From Trichoplax sp. H2 (lineage: Eukaryota), in NCBI GenBank assembly GCA_003344405.1, contig NOWV01000002.1, positions 1,116,001 through 1,180,000 on the forward strand: 64,000 bases of DNA, given 5' to 3'. Under the pieces are notes generated by a model. It made no database searches, was not told the origin of the DNA, and saw only the letters and a list, made by a program, of their open reading frames with translations. Of this stretch, positions 1-12,100 are shown one piece after another. How positions within the stretch are numbered: position 1 is the stretch's first letter; the number at the start of each line of letters is the position of its first letter. The translations under genes and the position numbers were made by a program.

Positions 1-790
1 AGAGTCTTTGAAAAGGATATCACTGGCCAAAGTCATTCTACACAGGTATTGCAGAGATTGATAAGTTGGGCAAGCTGAGAGATCCTGGATAATTCATGAA
101 TCCCTGTAAGATTGGAGTATGCACAGTACATCAACATTCAATTTTGTATCTTCGATCAATTCAGCATAAAAGAAAGACATGAAATTGTAGTCGCTAGCAA
201 TATCCTTGACATTCGATTCAAGTGAACCACAATAGAGTCTATTCAAGATCTATACCTAATACCATTTACTCTTATCTGGAAGAATATATCCTGTGGACGA
301 TAGTATCATTGCTTATCTATCTGACAGCCCATCTCTAAATAAATACACGAAGGTATACTATGAAATTGATGCACATCAAAGTAATCGGTGACCTTTACTA
401 TTCCGTTGGACTTGAGAATTACAATATTGTTGAGCGATGGTTGATTGAATTGCTATTCGCTGTCACTTTTATTTTTCTTCTCGCTTTTTAAATGGTTGAA
501 ATCTCGCGGTCAGTCCGATATTGATCAACTATGTCTATCTTTGTATCTCCTATCCGATTGGAATATCCAAGGCCATGATGGAGATTAGTGACAGAATTAT
601 TTATTTATTAATTAATTAATAAAAATTCAAGCTACTGCCAGAACAAAACAGCCGAAATACAGTACATTAAATCGCTTTCAGTATACCGTGCTGTACTCAG
701 TGGAAAGCACTGTAGGGCAGAAGAACACTATAGGAGAGTACAGTACCTACTGAATGATATGTACTGTACTGTACACTGTACACTGTACTC

Positions 791-860
791 TACAGTACTC
801 AGTGTACAGTACTCAGTGTACAGTACTCAGTGTACAGTACTCAGTGTACAGTACTCACTG
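791..860. repeat. 14-bp minisatellite (TACAGTACTCAGTG x~5) inside a larger TACAGT/ACTGTA-rich patch (~660-960)
   Basis: Units start at 791, 805, 819, 833 and 847. The ORFs 754..1020 and 759..959 are just this repeat translated. Confidence 0.95.
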
Positions 861-1639
861 TACTGTACAGTACTGTACACTATCAGAGAGTGGGTGGTCC
901 AAGCCTGTACACTGTACAGTACAGTATACAGTAGCAGCAAGTTTTACTATGTTCTGTAGCAAATCCATAAGTTTATGTAGATATAATGATTCAGTGTTAT
1001 TCAAAATTTACTTTTACTAACTAATATAGAATCTTCAGCTCATTAGCTACATGCTGGTATAAAATCAATACAGTTTTGATATTGATAATAGCATTTAAAT
1101 AGAATTCTTAAATTCTAAAGCGAACGTAAACATGCTGTACTGTACTGTAACAGTATCTGTACAGTCTACTGTATCAAGCCTCCATGAAGAAAACGACTGC
1201 GGCTTCTTTGTATCTTTTTCCTTTCAAGGATCGGCTTGCTAGATAGAGACCGCGACAAAAAGATACAAGAGAATGCCGACTTTCTTTGTTTCCACTACAG
1301 TAGAATGCCTGTGAATCAAACTAGTAAGGAAACATGCTCAATCGGGGATTATTAAAAGTAGAGAGTCTGCATTTCTTGATCAAAGATAAACTGGCAAAGG
1401 GAAGATTTTCCACGACAACAACAAGTGACTAACATGTTTTTCATCATATTCACCTACTGATCAACTTGACACAAATCTCTTGCCCTAAAATGACCGGACA
1501 ACGATCGAAGTGGAGAAAGCGCTTGTATCAAGTCTAAATTGTGCCCCCCCCCCAAAAAATGATTACCTACAGTACTGTTTTAAACAACTGCAAAATACAC
1601 ATAAACAATAATGATTATGTAATCATGTCAAGCAGGAAA

Positions 1640-2760
1640 ATGAAGGCCCGCATCCATCGGTTAAGGAAATTCTCATATCAGTTAAATTGACCGAAAAAAA
1701 GTCATTGCGCACTATTTTATAAAACTGCAAAATTCACCCTTGAAAATCCTCTAGACGTAGAACACACAATAATAATAATTAATAATAATAATAGCAATAA
1801 TAATAATAATGGAATAATGGCGGTAAAATAAAGCTTCGCAGGGATTGTAAAGGAAATTCTCACACAATCTACTGTAAATTATCCCTCCCAAAAAAGTTGT
1901 TGCGTACTAATTTACAGGGATTGTGAAGGAAATTCTCACATTAGTCCAAATTATCCATAAAAATGTTATTGCGTACTAGCTTACAGAACTGTAAAATTTG
2001 CCTTGAAATCTTCTAGACGTCAAGTATATCACAAAATATAAATAATAATGCAATAATAATAACAGTAAAACGAAGCCACGCAAAAGCTTAGTAAGGAAAT
2101 TCTCAATTCAGTCAAAAAAAAAAATATTATTATACACTACTGTAGTTTACAGAACTGCCAAATTTACCTTGAAATCTTCTAGACATCAAATATACCACAA
2201 AATATAAATAATAATGCAATAATAATAACAGTAAAACGAAGCCACGCAAAGGCTTAGTAAGGAAATTCTCAATTTAGTCAAAAAAATAATATTATTATGC
2301 ACTACTGTAGTTTACAGAACTGCCAAATTTACCTTGAAATCTTCTAGACGTCAAGTATATCACAAAATATGAATAATAATGCAATAATAATAACAGTAAA
2401 ACGAAGCCACGCAAAGGTTTAGTAAGGAAATTCTCAATTCAGTCAAAAAAATAATATTACTATGCTCTACTGTAGTTTACAGAACTACCAAATTTACCTT
2501 GAAATCTTCTAGACGTCAAGTATACCACAAAATAAGAATAATAATGCAATAATAATAACAGTAAAACAAAGCCACGCAAAGGCTTAGTAAGGAAATTCTC
2601 AATTCAGTCAAAAAAAATAATATTATTTTGCACTACTGTAGTTTATAGACCTGCAAAATTCATCCTTGAAAATCCCCTAGACTTCTACTATCCAATAAGA
2701 ATAATGTAGTACTGTAATAATGGTAAATTGGCATTTCACACGGATTATTAGAGGAAATTC
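1640..2760. repeat. ~165-bp tandem repeat (4 well-conserved copies plus degenerate flanks; related decayed copies continue to ~4850)
   Basis: The motif TTCTAGAC(G/A)TCAA...AATAATAATGCAATAATAATAACAGTAAAAC(G/A)AAGCCACGCAAA...AAGGAAATTCTC recurs at ~2011, 2178, 2342 and 2507. Confidence 0.9.
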
Positions 2761-3394
2761 TCCCATCAGTCCAAATCGTCAAACAAATGATTGTGTGTTG
2801 GATAGTTAATATATCACAGAAATGCACAAGTTAGCATTAAATCTCAAGATGTAAATCATACTATACGCGTATTAACCATAATGTGACGTTAATACGTAGA
2901 GCTGTGCTTTGCATGGTTTGCTAAAGGAAATTCTGGCATCAAATTATCAAAGAGTTATGCGTTATTCTACAGATAGACAGAATTTAGCCTTAAAAAACCC
3001 TCTAAACGTACATCGCACAACAAGAATAGTATAGCAAAGAGTAAATCGGATCAATTCTAATGATGTTGTGAAGCTCTGCAATACTGGAGGTTCTATTCAG
3101 GAAGCTCTTAAAGGTGTAACAAGTACAAACTGTCAAAAATTGCTGTATGTTACTTAATAGAATATATAGAATTCACTATTGACAACCCTCCGGACGTATA
3201 CAACACAAACCGAATAATAGAGTATTAATAAAATTAATTAATTATTAGTAATATTGTACTCTACATATTCTTGTGAAAGGAAATTAAACCAAATTGTTCT
3301 ATGCTACTCTATGGATATGCAGAATTCAATGTTGAAAATCATCTAGAAGTACGCGTATACGGTACATGACGAATACTATGGGTATAGCAGTAAG

Positions 3395-3640
3395 TAAGTA
3401 ATATTGCGCTCTACATATTTTAAGGACATGCAAAATTCAATGTTGAAAATTGTTTGAACGAGTACGGCATAAGAAGAATAATAGAGCATTCATAATTAAT
3501 TATAAGTAATATTGTGCTCTACATATTCTAAGGACATGCAAAATTCAATGTTGAAAATTGTTTGAAGGTGTACGGCATAAGAAGAAGAATAGAGCATTCA
3601 TGATTAATTATAAGTAATATTGTGTTCTACATATTCTTGT
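3395..3640. repeat. ~112-bp direct tandem duplication
   Basis: TAAGTAATATTG.GCTCTACATATT.TAAGGACATGCAAAATTCAATGTTGAAAATTGTTTGAA...TACGGCATAAGAAGAA occurs twice, followed by a partial third copy. Confidence 0.85.
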
Positions 3641-6600
3641 TGAAGGAAATTATATCAACTCCAAGTTGTTAAATAGCTCTATGTTACTCTAACAACATAA
3701 AAATTCAGCCTTGAAATCCTGTAAACGTACATTATACAATAGAAATAATATAGCAATCTTAGTAAGTTGAATCAATTCTAATAGTACTGAGGAGATCTGT
3801 ATGCTGTATTCATGAAATTCTTATAGCGTATCAGGTCCAAACTATTAAAAAAGTAGTTATGAGTTTATTTATAGAAAATACAGAATTTAACCTTAAAATC
3901 TTTTTGATGTCAACTACGTGATATGAATAATCAGTCTAGTCATAGCCAATGGGATATATTTTTTTCTACTATCAGAAGTGAGATTTCACATAACTCTACT
4001 GTCAAGCTCTGCAGCATACCATGCGAAGAAAGTTCTTGTATCAGGTACAAATTATCAAAATATTGTCGTCTGCTATTATAATATCATAATAAAGCCGTAT
4101 TGATGAGTCAGTTCTTGCAAAAAAAAACAATAAAATTCACCCTTAGAAATCCTTATATACACGTAATATGAATAATATTATACGGTAGTAAGAATTAAAA
4201 GAAATTGAATAAATTCTCACGATACTGTAAAGCTTTGTGTATTTTCGTATTGGCAGAAAATTAATATTAATCATAATACCATTATAATGGAAAAATAATA
4301 TAGTTATTGAAAGATAGCAAACATTAAATGGGTGATCAGACCATAATCCACTCTTTTCCTAGGCTATTTTGTAGAGATGCATTCTTCAGCCTTTGATATA
4401 CACTGAGGTCTACTGCATTTTGGCGAAACGATGACCTATAACCCAACCCGTACAGAAGCAACACCACTTACACAACATGGTTGGTACGGTAATAACTATA
4501 GTAAATTGAACAAATGAGAAAGGGTCTATAAATTTTGTATGGCTTTCTTATTGGTAGAAAAAAATAAAAAGAAAATGGTCATTCAGCTAGATTGTTTTAC
4601 AGAAATATATGATTCAGCCTTGAAAATTCTCTAAAAGTGCAATATACAATATGAATAATGTAATATTAAGTAGATTAATAATAGATGATGACAGTACGAT
4701 AAAAAAATCTGCATATTTCTTATTGACAGAAGAAATTGCTGAATATGCAATACTAGATATTGCTTTAACCTTAATGAAGTTAGTAATCCTGTACATGCAG
4801 AAATATAAATTTAGCCTTGAACTATCCAAAAGAAATTTAATAAATCATATTAATAATAATTCTATGGAGTTCGGCTTGTGTTTTAATTTTTGGATAGGGA
4901 GAAAAAGTATGATGATTAGCATATCATGGCAACAATAATTGCAAGAAAATATAAGCTTTCTAACTCTAAATTAGCCAGTCTCTTGATACTAACCTTTTAC
5001 TGGTCGTATATTATACGGCGGTTTCTCTACCTACCTACTAAATTATAAGGTTTCTAAACAAGAGCATAAATTCAAATCTCAGCATCGCTAATTAATCATG
5101 ATAATAAATAATAGCTACAGTTATCATTTGTTCTTTGTCCAGAATCTACATTACACAGCTTTCAGTAGTCACATGCGTACCTGTCATATCAGGAAACTTA
5201 TTGTAGCAGCTAGACAGAGGATATCTCCTGTAGGAATCGAATCGAATCGAATTGAGTAAAATATCAATATTTTAAGATTAACTAAATAATTAAGTCATTA
5301 ATTAATTAATTAATTGGCTATTACTGTAGTTTCTATCAAAGACTGAGTTGATGATTTACTACCAAAGGCAAGGTGATTTGCTTGCAACTTCCTCAATTGA
5401 CTTGCAACAACAAGTCTAAATAGAACCTAATATAGCTATGATCGTTCCTATAGTATCCAAGCCCAAAGAAAGGATTATAATGTAAGCGCAGGCTTTCATC
5501 AACTGAAATCGATAAATTACTATGGTACAATATGCAAGGATTCGATCAGAAATTAGACTTTAAAGTTGATGTAAGATTATGTCATTCGATAGTCAAATAA
5601 TTACATCCGTAAGAGCGAGATTGAATAGAGAGATTTACATTACACATATATCAATCAAGATTATATCTGAGATAATTGCATGATATGTCATCTGTGTTAT
5701 AATTAATGATCTATTGCACTAATTTAACCAAAACGTTCGAGAATTGGTTAAATATTCCGATATTAAGCTCAAGTCATGGAAGATAACCTCCTTATAGTAA
5801 CGTAGATTTTAATTGATTTCTTTCTAGAGCACACTTAGATTTACTTCATGATAAAAGGCTAGAAATGGAATTATAATTAATGTAAAATTTCAATTGCTTC
5901 TGAGTACAGATAAAAGTATTAGACCATAATTAGGTAAAATAGTACACGATATTTCAGGGTTAGTCTTACTTGCTTAAAATAGTTGGCAAGATAAATGTTC
6001 ATTGTAACGGCTCTAGTAATAATTGCGAACTATTGAAGGTAGCATTTACAATTCAATCCATTCGTGCCAATGCCAATGTTTGTAATTTAAGCGATTGTTT
6101 TAAATAGAAAATGGTAAAAATACTACATACTGTACAGGATCGTTGATCAAAATTTACAAGAAGTTAGCGAATTCGTCGAGAAATGACATAAGGACAGCAA
6201 ACTATCCGGTTTTATCAAAGTAATAATATAAAATCTTACGTATTGTCAGTGCAAAGAAATTCCAATCTATTACATATTTATTATACGCAGATAATGATTT
6301 AATTTTTAACATTAAATGACATCGTACATTAACTGGAAATAAATAGGGGATATTGAATAACATAGAGTTAACTTTAAAGGATAACCTTCCATCACATGTT
6401 TTGATGATTTAATAACTTAATACTTTATGATAAATAAGGTAATTAGTCTAACTAACATTCTTCCATTCAATCAAAATCTAGTCTATCTGCATCAAATTTC
6501 ACGCACATATACTGATACAATGGCTATTTAAAGTTAGTTGCCACACTTTGCTAACTTACTGCAAGGATTCAGCTTCCTATTAAGCATGAAAGAAATGATC

Positions 6601-9151
6601 AGCTTCCAAACTGATAATAAAATTTATTAGTAGCCATTGTAATATAATAAGGCATTAGTTTGATCACCGTCTCAACCTTTAGCATCAATGAATGGAGACG
6701 TCCTAGAGTGTCTACGTATATGAAGTTTTTTATACCTGATTTGTGTAGCTAATTGATATTTAAATAAACCTAAAGCCTCTTTGAATCAGCAGGTAGTATA
6801 TTGATTACAAAAACTCTGCTCTCGTGGTATTATTCCTCTTGAAATTAGTAATTTGAGTAGTAACAGCATGATCACCTTTATCAAAATAGACAAAATACAG
6901 ATACAGATTTACTCTCTACTGTCAGATATGTTGATCTCTATGTATTGTCTTGAATTTATTTATGTCGTCTAATCCTATAGAATATTCTTTACGGCTAATA
7001 AAACTTATATAATCACTGAAGTAATCGATTAAATAATATAATTGCAATGACTAGGTTGTCGCATGGGCGGCTTCCTAATTGATGACGAAAGACATATTTT
7101 AGATCATCATATTGTAATTAGCTTGACATCTTTTCCTGGTACTAAAACCAGTTGATTACAATTAGCTAGTATACTTGATACGATATTGTCAACTTGTCCC
7201 AAATAACTCAAAATCGTATTAAATCATGGTTATCTTGTTGGTTTAAAGCAGGTACAATCAATTTGCCTTAAAAATTATTCGTCCTATCCAACAATTTGCA
7301 ATTTAAAGTTCATTCTATCTCAAGATTACTGCTTCAACTGCTGTTTTCCGATCATATAATTGTGCGTACACATACATGCACGTACGCATAATTTGTGAAG
7401 ACTAATTTTTACGTTATTGGCCTCTCTAATTGTTGAATGTTCCCAAATTGGCTTCTCACCGTTCTTCTTGGAAGCGCTATAGTTATATTGATTCAATACT
7501 TTAACATCATAATCCTTCAATCGTGTTTCTCTATCACCTTTTTCAAACTAGTAAAATTTGAATTACACTTCGATGATTTCTATCCATCAGAAAATTATCT
7601 CACTCAATCAAGATTGAGCCACAATTATCATATAATCACCTTGGCCCCTAATCATCGGATACACGGTATGAACAGATTCAACTTCATAATTTACTTGAAT
7701 AAATGTTTATATAGTGCAAAGTTGTTATAATGCTTTCGTTTCAATACCGTATGTACTGTGTAAACTATGTCAATACACTAACTAAGTCAATCTTACCTGA
7801 AAAAACACTAGCATGGACGTCCAATTTAAGCGATTTTTCATCAGACTTCTCCTCAGATATTATTTTAGCAAGTTACTCTGACATTATATTGCAAAGTGTA
7901 AATAACTAATTAGCTATTAACTTGTATTAAAACAAACTATCAGAATAATACACTACAATATATTAAAACATACATTGACGTTGATATTTGAAGTTACAAT
8001 TATTTCAAACATGTTATAATGAAATCATAGAGTTGTAAAGATTTAGGAAAGAGTCTAATGCAAGGGCTACACGAAAGCATTACTTCAAAACATAGTTGAA
8101 TCATGTTTCTGCTTCGGTTTCTACTGACGCGAGCTACCTTAAGATCTAATCTAGCTGCTATGGTAGAATATACGATCAACAAGTAATATTTTATTAAGTA
8201 TTTTATATTTATAATAAGCAGAATTGTCGTATTAAGATAGATATGAGCAAGGACTAAATTACCCTGGGAGTTTTTTAGAAGGGAGGAAATGAAACTACGA
8301 GTATCTAGTCCAAGCGTGTCTCTTTTTCGATCAGCGTCTGATCCAATATAGATTAATTCTATAGATTGCGAGAATTAACTATTTACGTCTATTCTAATCT
8401 CTCTACTAGCGTAAAACCAGTTTGCAAGCTAGCTGCTTTCCCATTAAGGATAATTACTGCAGAATTTTCTATCTACTAAATTTTATCAAATTCATTGATA
8501 TCACAGTTTTACTAATCATAGAAACATAACGACCTTCCATTATATCATTTACACTACCCTTTTACCAAACGCATTTTAACTTTTCAATCTGGTTAAAAGT
8601 AATGTAGCCACTGTCCGTACTCTTGCGATCCGAAAATGAACAGCAATAAAAAATTTTTAATTTTACGAATACGATCTATGTTAACACTTGTTTATATTTG
8701 CGCTGCATTTAGATCTACTAAATATAAATATCGATTGAAATTAATTACATTTTAGCGATATCCTCGCAATAACAGTAAAGAACGAACTCGATACGGTGTA
8801 TAAATTTTATACGCACACAATAACTCTTTTACTCTAACGTGCGTTAATGACCTCAAAAAATAAACATTACTGTAATCATGGCAGAAGAACAGATATAGTG
8901 CTGGTAATTAATTATGAATGATATTAGATTCAGAAATGCGTAACAGAGAGTTTTCACATCATGCCTTGTTTTAGTATTATGTTTCATTATGATAACTTTC
9001 CATGCTTTATGCCGAATACTATATATCCTCACTATTTTACTATACCGTCTGTTCTAAGTAGTCAATGATACTGATTTATTTTTCTCTTACCACTAGGATC
9101 TCTACTTCTATCTTCTTATTTTGGCTCTAATTAGTTAATCAAAGCTATATA

Positions 9152-12100
9152 ATGCATCTACTTTGGAATTTACCAGTTCTATTCTTACTAACTGTGACGC
9201 CTCTCCATCTTGATGCTACTGAACCTTCTGTTCCTAATACCGGTACGTTATATCAACTTCTTCTGTATATATTACATTTTCTGAATATCAGACTAAAAAT
9301 CGATCTATAATGAGCGTAACCATCATTAGCTTAGAAAATATAAACTTATAAATTATACAAAATAGGGTCTATTTCAAGTATCTCCACAGATTCCAATCGA
9401 CAATACAACATTACCAATATTGGTCGAGATTTTTACCTTGGATATTTGGAATCAATAAGCAGCAATTCTAAACCTATGCTGACTATTTCCGCTCTACACG
9501 AAACCGCTGAAGTGATACTGACCAATTATAGGGAAAATTCCAAAACTACTTTCCAAGTCAAGTCCAACAATACCATTGAGCTCGTTCTTAGCAAGAATAT
9601 TGAAAATACAGTTAAGGGTTTAACTAATAAAACCATTCGTATTCAGTCAGATCGTGATATTGTCGTTACCGGAGTAAATTCGATGCCAGTATCAGCTGAT
9701 AACTACCTTGCTTTACCTGTGGAAAGCTATGGCAATGAATACATTGTAGTTACTTATACTCCAAGGAGGTTGGCAGAATTTCTTATTATAGCTCAAAATA
9801 ACCAATCCGTAGTCAATATCAGCTTTCCAAGCAATACTGAATACCAAGGACAACATTACTCAAGATCAAAGTTACTAATTATTAATTTACAACAGTCGGA
9901 AGGATTTTATTTCTCTTCATCGACCGATTTGACTGGTACAATTATTACGTCCTCTTCCGGCATTGCACTTTTTAGCGGTAATGAGTGTGCTTTTGTAACG
10001 ACTGGTTTAAAATATTGTGATCACCTTGTCGAACAAATTCCACCAATTCAATATCTTGGTTATAATTATGTCCTGAATACATTTATTAATCGCAAAGCAG
10101 GCGATCGGTTTCGAGTTATTGCACCATATGATAATACGGATGTTTTTATACAATACAATACACTCTACTATCCTCTATCTAGAGGTTCCTTTGTCGAATT
10201 TGAAGTACCTAGTGGTAATGCCACACTTTTAACTTGTAGTCAGCCTTGCTTAGTCGTACAGTTTAATAAAGGATACGATGCAGATAAAGTTAGTACCGAT
10301 CCATTTATGGTTATCGTTCCGGATGTTGGACAATCTCTATCACAGTATCGCTTTTACTCAACACTTCATAGCCAAGTCAGTATTCGTCACCATTATATAA
10401 ATCTTGTAATCGAAACAGAGCATCGCCATGGACTATTATTAGATGGAAAATTGCTCTCTAAAATCAACTGGAAGAACGTCTCCATCTACTCTGTTAGTAG
10501 TATTAACATCAGCGCAGGATCTCATTATTTGAATCACTCCCTATCTGGTGTTGATTATTTATTAACTATTTATGGCTATAATTTATATGGTAGCTATGGC
10601 ATTCCAGCTGGGATAAGGTTAAGCCCCCTACCAGATGGTAAGTTTCCGATTGAGATCAATCCAGACGTACAATAATGTGTTTAATCTTAGATATTTTAGG
10701 CTATTTTCAAACTGTATCATCGCCTATAACAGTACATACTTTTAATCAAAAAATTTAGATCAATATTTATAATGCATAGGTAAGATATTAGCATGTCTTA
10801 ACGATTATAATACAAAGAATAACGAGGACCTATAGTACTTAAACTCCTTACTTCTACAAAAATCGGCTATGGCTATATAGTGATTTCCGATTGAGATCAA
10901 TGCAATAGTAAATAAATGTGTTTAGGTTTAGATATTTAGGTTATTATCAAATTGTGTCATCGCCTATAATGGCACATACTTTTAATTAAAACTTTAGATC
11001 CATATTTATAGTGTATAGGCAAGGTACTAGCATATTTTAACTATTATAACATGAGAATAATCGAAATCTATCATGCTTAAACTCCCTACTACTACAGAAA
11101 TCGATTATGGTTATGTAGTGAAATATAATCAATTGAATTAACTATGATAGATTTCTGATTGGGATCGAGAGACAGCAAAATTTATTTTTTTAGTTTCAGA
11201 TATTGTTAAGCTATTTTAAGCTGCGTCATTGCGTATAGTAATACATATATTTAATTAAAAGCTTTATTTTTAATGTATATGAACATATATACAGGGCACT
11301 TGCATGTTGTAACTGCTATAATATAAGAATAATCAGAATCTATAGTGCTTAATTTTTTACCGATATAAAAATCAATTATAGCTGCGGTAATGTAATACAA
11401 TTAATTATTTATTTGACTATAATACCGTCAAGTTGCATAGCGTATCACTATAATTAATATAATAAATGCTTAGTTGCCTTATGTAATGTGCGATTACTTT
11501 GATATTCTCCTTACATACTTTGATATTTTGTCACAAATTCTTATTTTGACGACAACTAGGCTTGAAAATAGTATTAAATCCATCATCCCGTGATGTCGTC
11601 CTTGGCCAAAATATTACTTTAAGCTGCATCGCTTTTGGTTATCCTGCTCCTGTTACGGTATCTTGGTTCAAAAACGATCTTGCTATCACCACCGATTTAA
11701 GTCGACAAGCCAATAGTAGTGGCGGCTACGGTCGACTATTTATTACTAATACTTCTCTTCAAGATGCTGGCTATTATTCTTGCCGATTTTCCAACTCTTT
11801 TGGCGTTAAATATAGCCAAGCTGCTAAGATAGCTTTCACTCGTAAGAGCTGATTAAATATTATAAATCTTATCAATTATTTGCTTAAAGTTGTGCCATAG
11901 AGTTCTATAGCGCAAAATATAAGAACAACATGCTTTTGATTTCCTTTTATTTAGAATCGGTTTTTGTGCAAAGTCCAATAAGTCAATATGTTTCAAAAGG
12001 CCAAACAGTCCTATTACAGTGCAAAATTATAAGTTCCGAATCCACCCCTGAAATAAGTTGGTACAAAAATGATCAAGAAATTCTTCGTGTCTTAAATGAT

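Noticed and set aside
1..84. Minus-strand frame DLSACPTYQSLQYLCRMTLASDILFKDS resembling a SOCS/BC-box, preceded by a CAG acceptor
   Set aside because: Only 28 codons at the window edge. I could not link an open upstream coding exon, and the plus strand is also open here, so it cannot be supported.
754..1020. ORFs 754..1020 and 759..959
   Set aside because: Translations of the 14-bp minisatellite with low-complexity Y/S/T/V/C content.
4614..8182. Short ORFs upstream of the receptor gene
   Set aside because: No recognisable domains or splice-consistent chain; composition is typical of AT-rich non-coding DNA.
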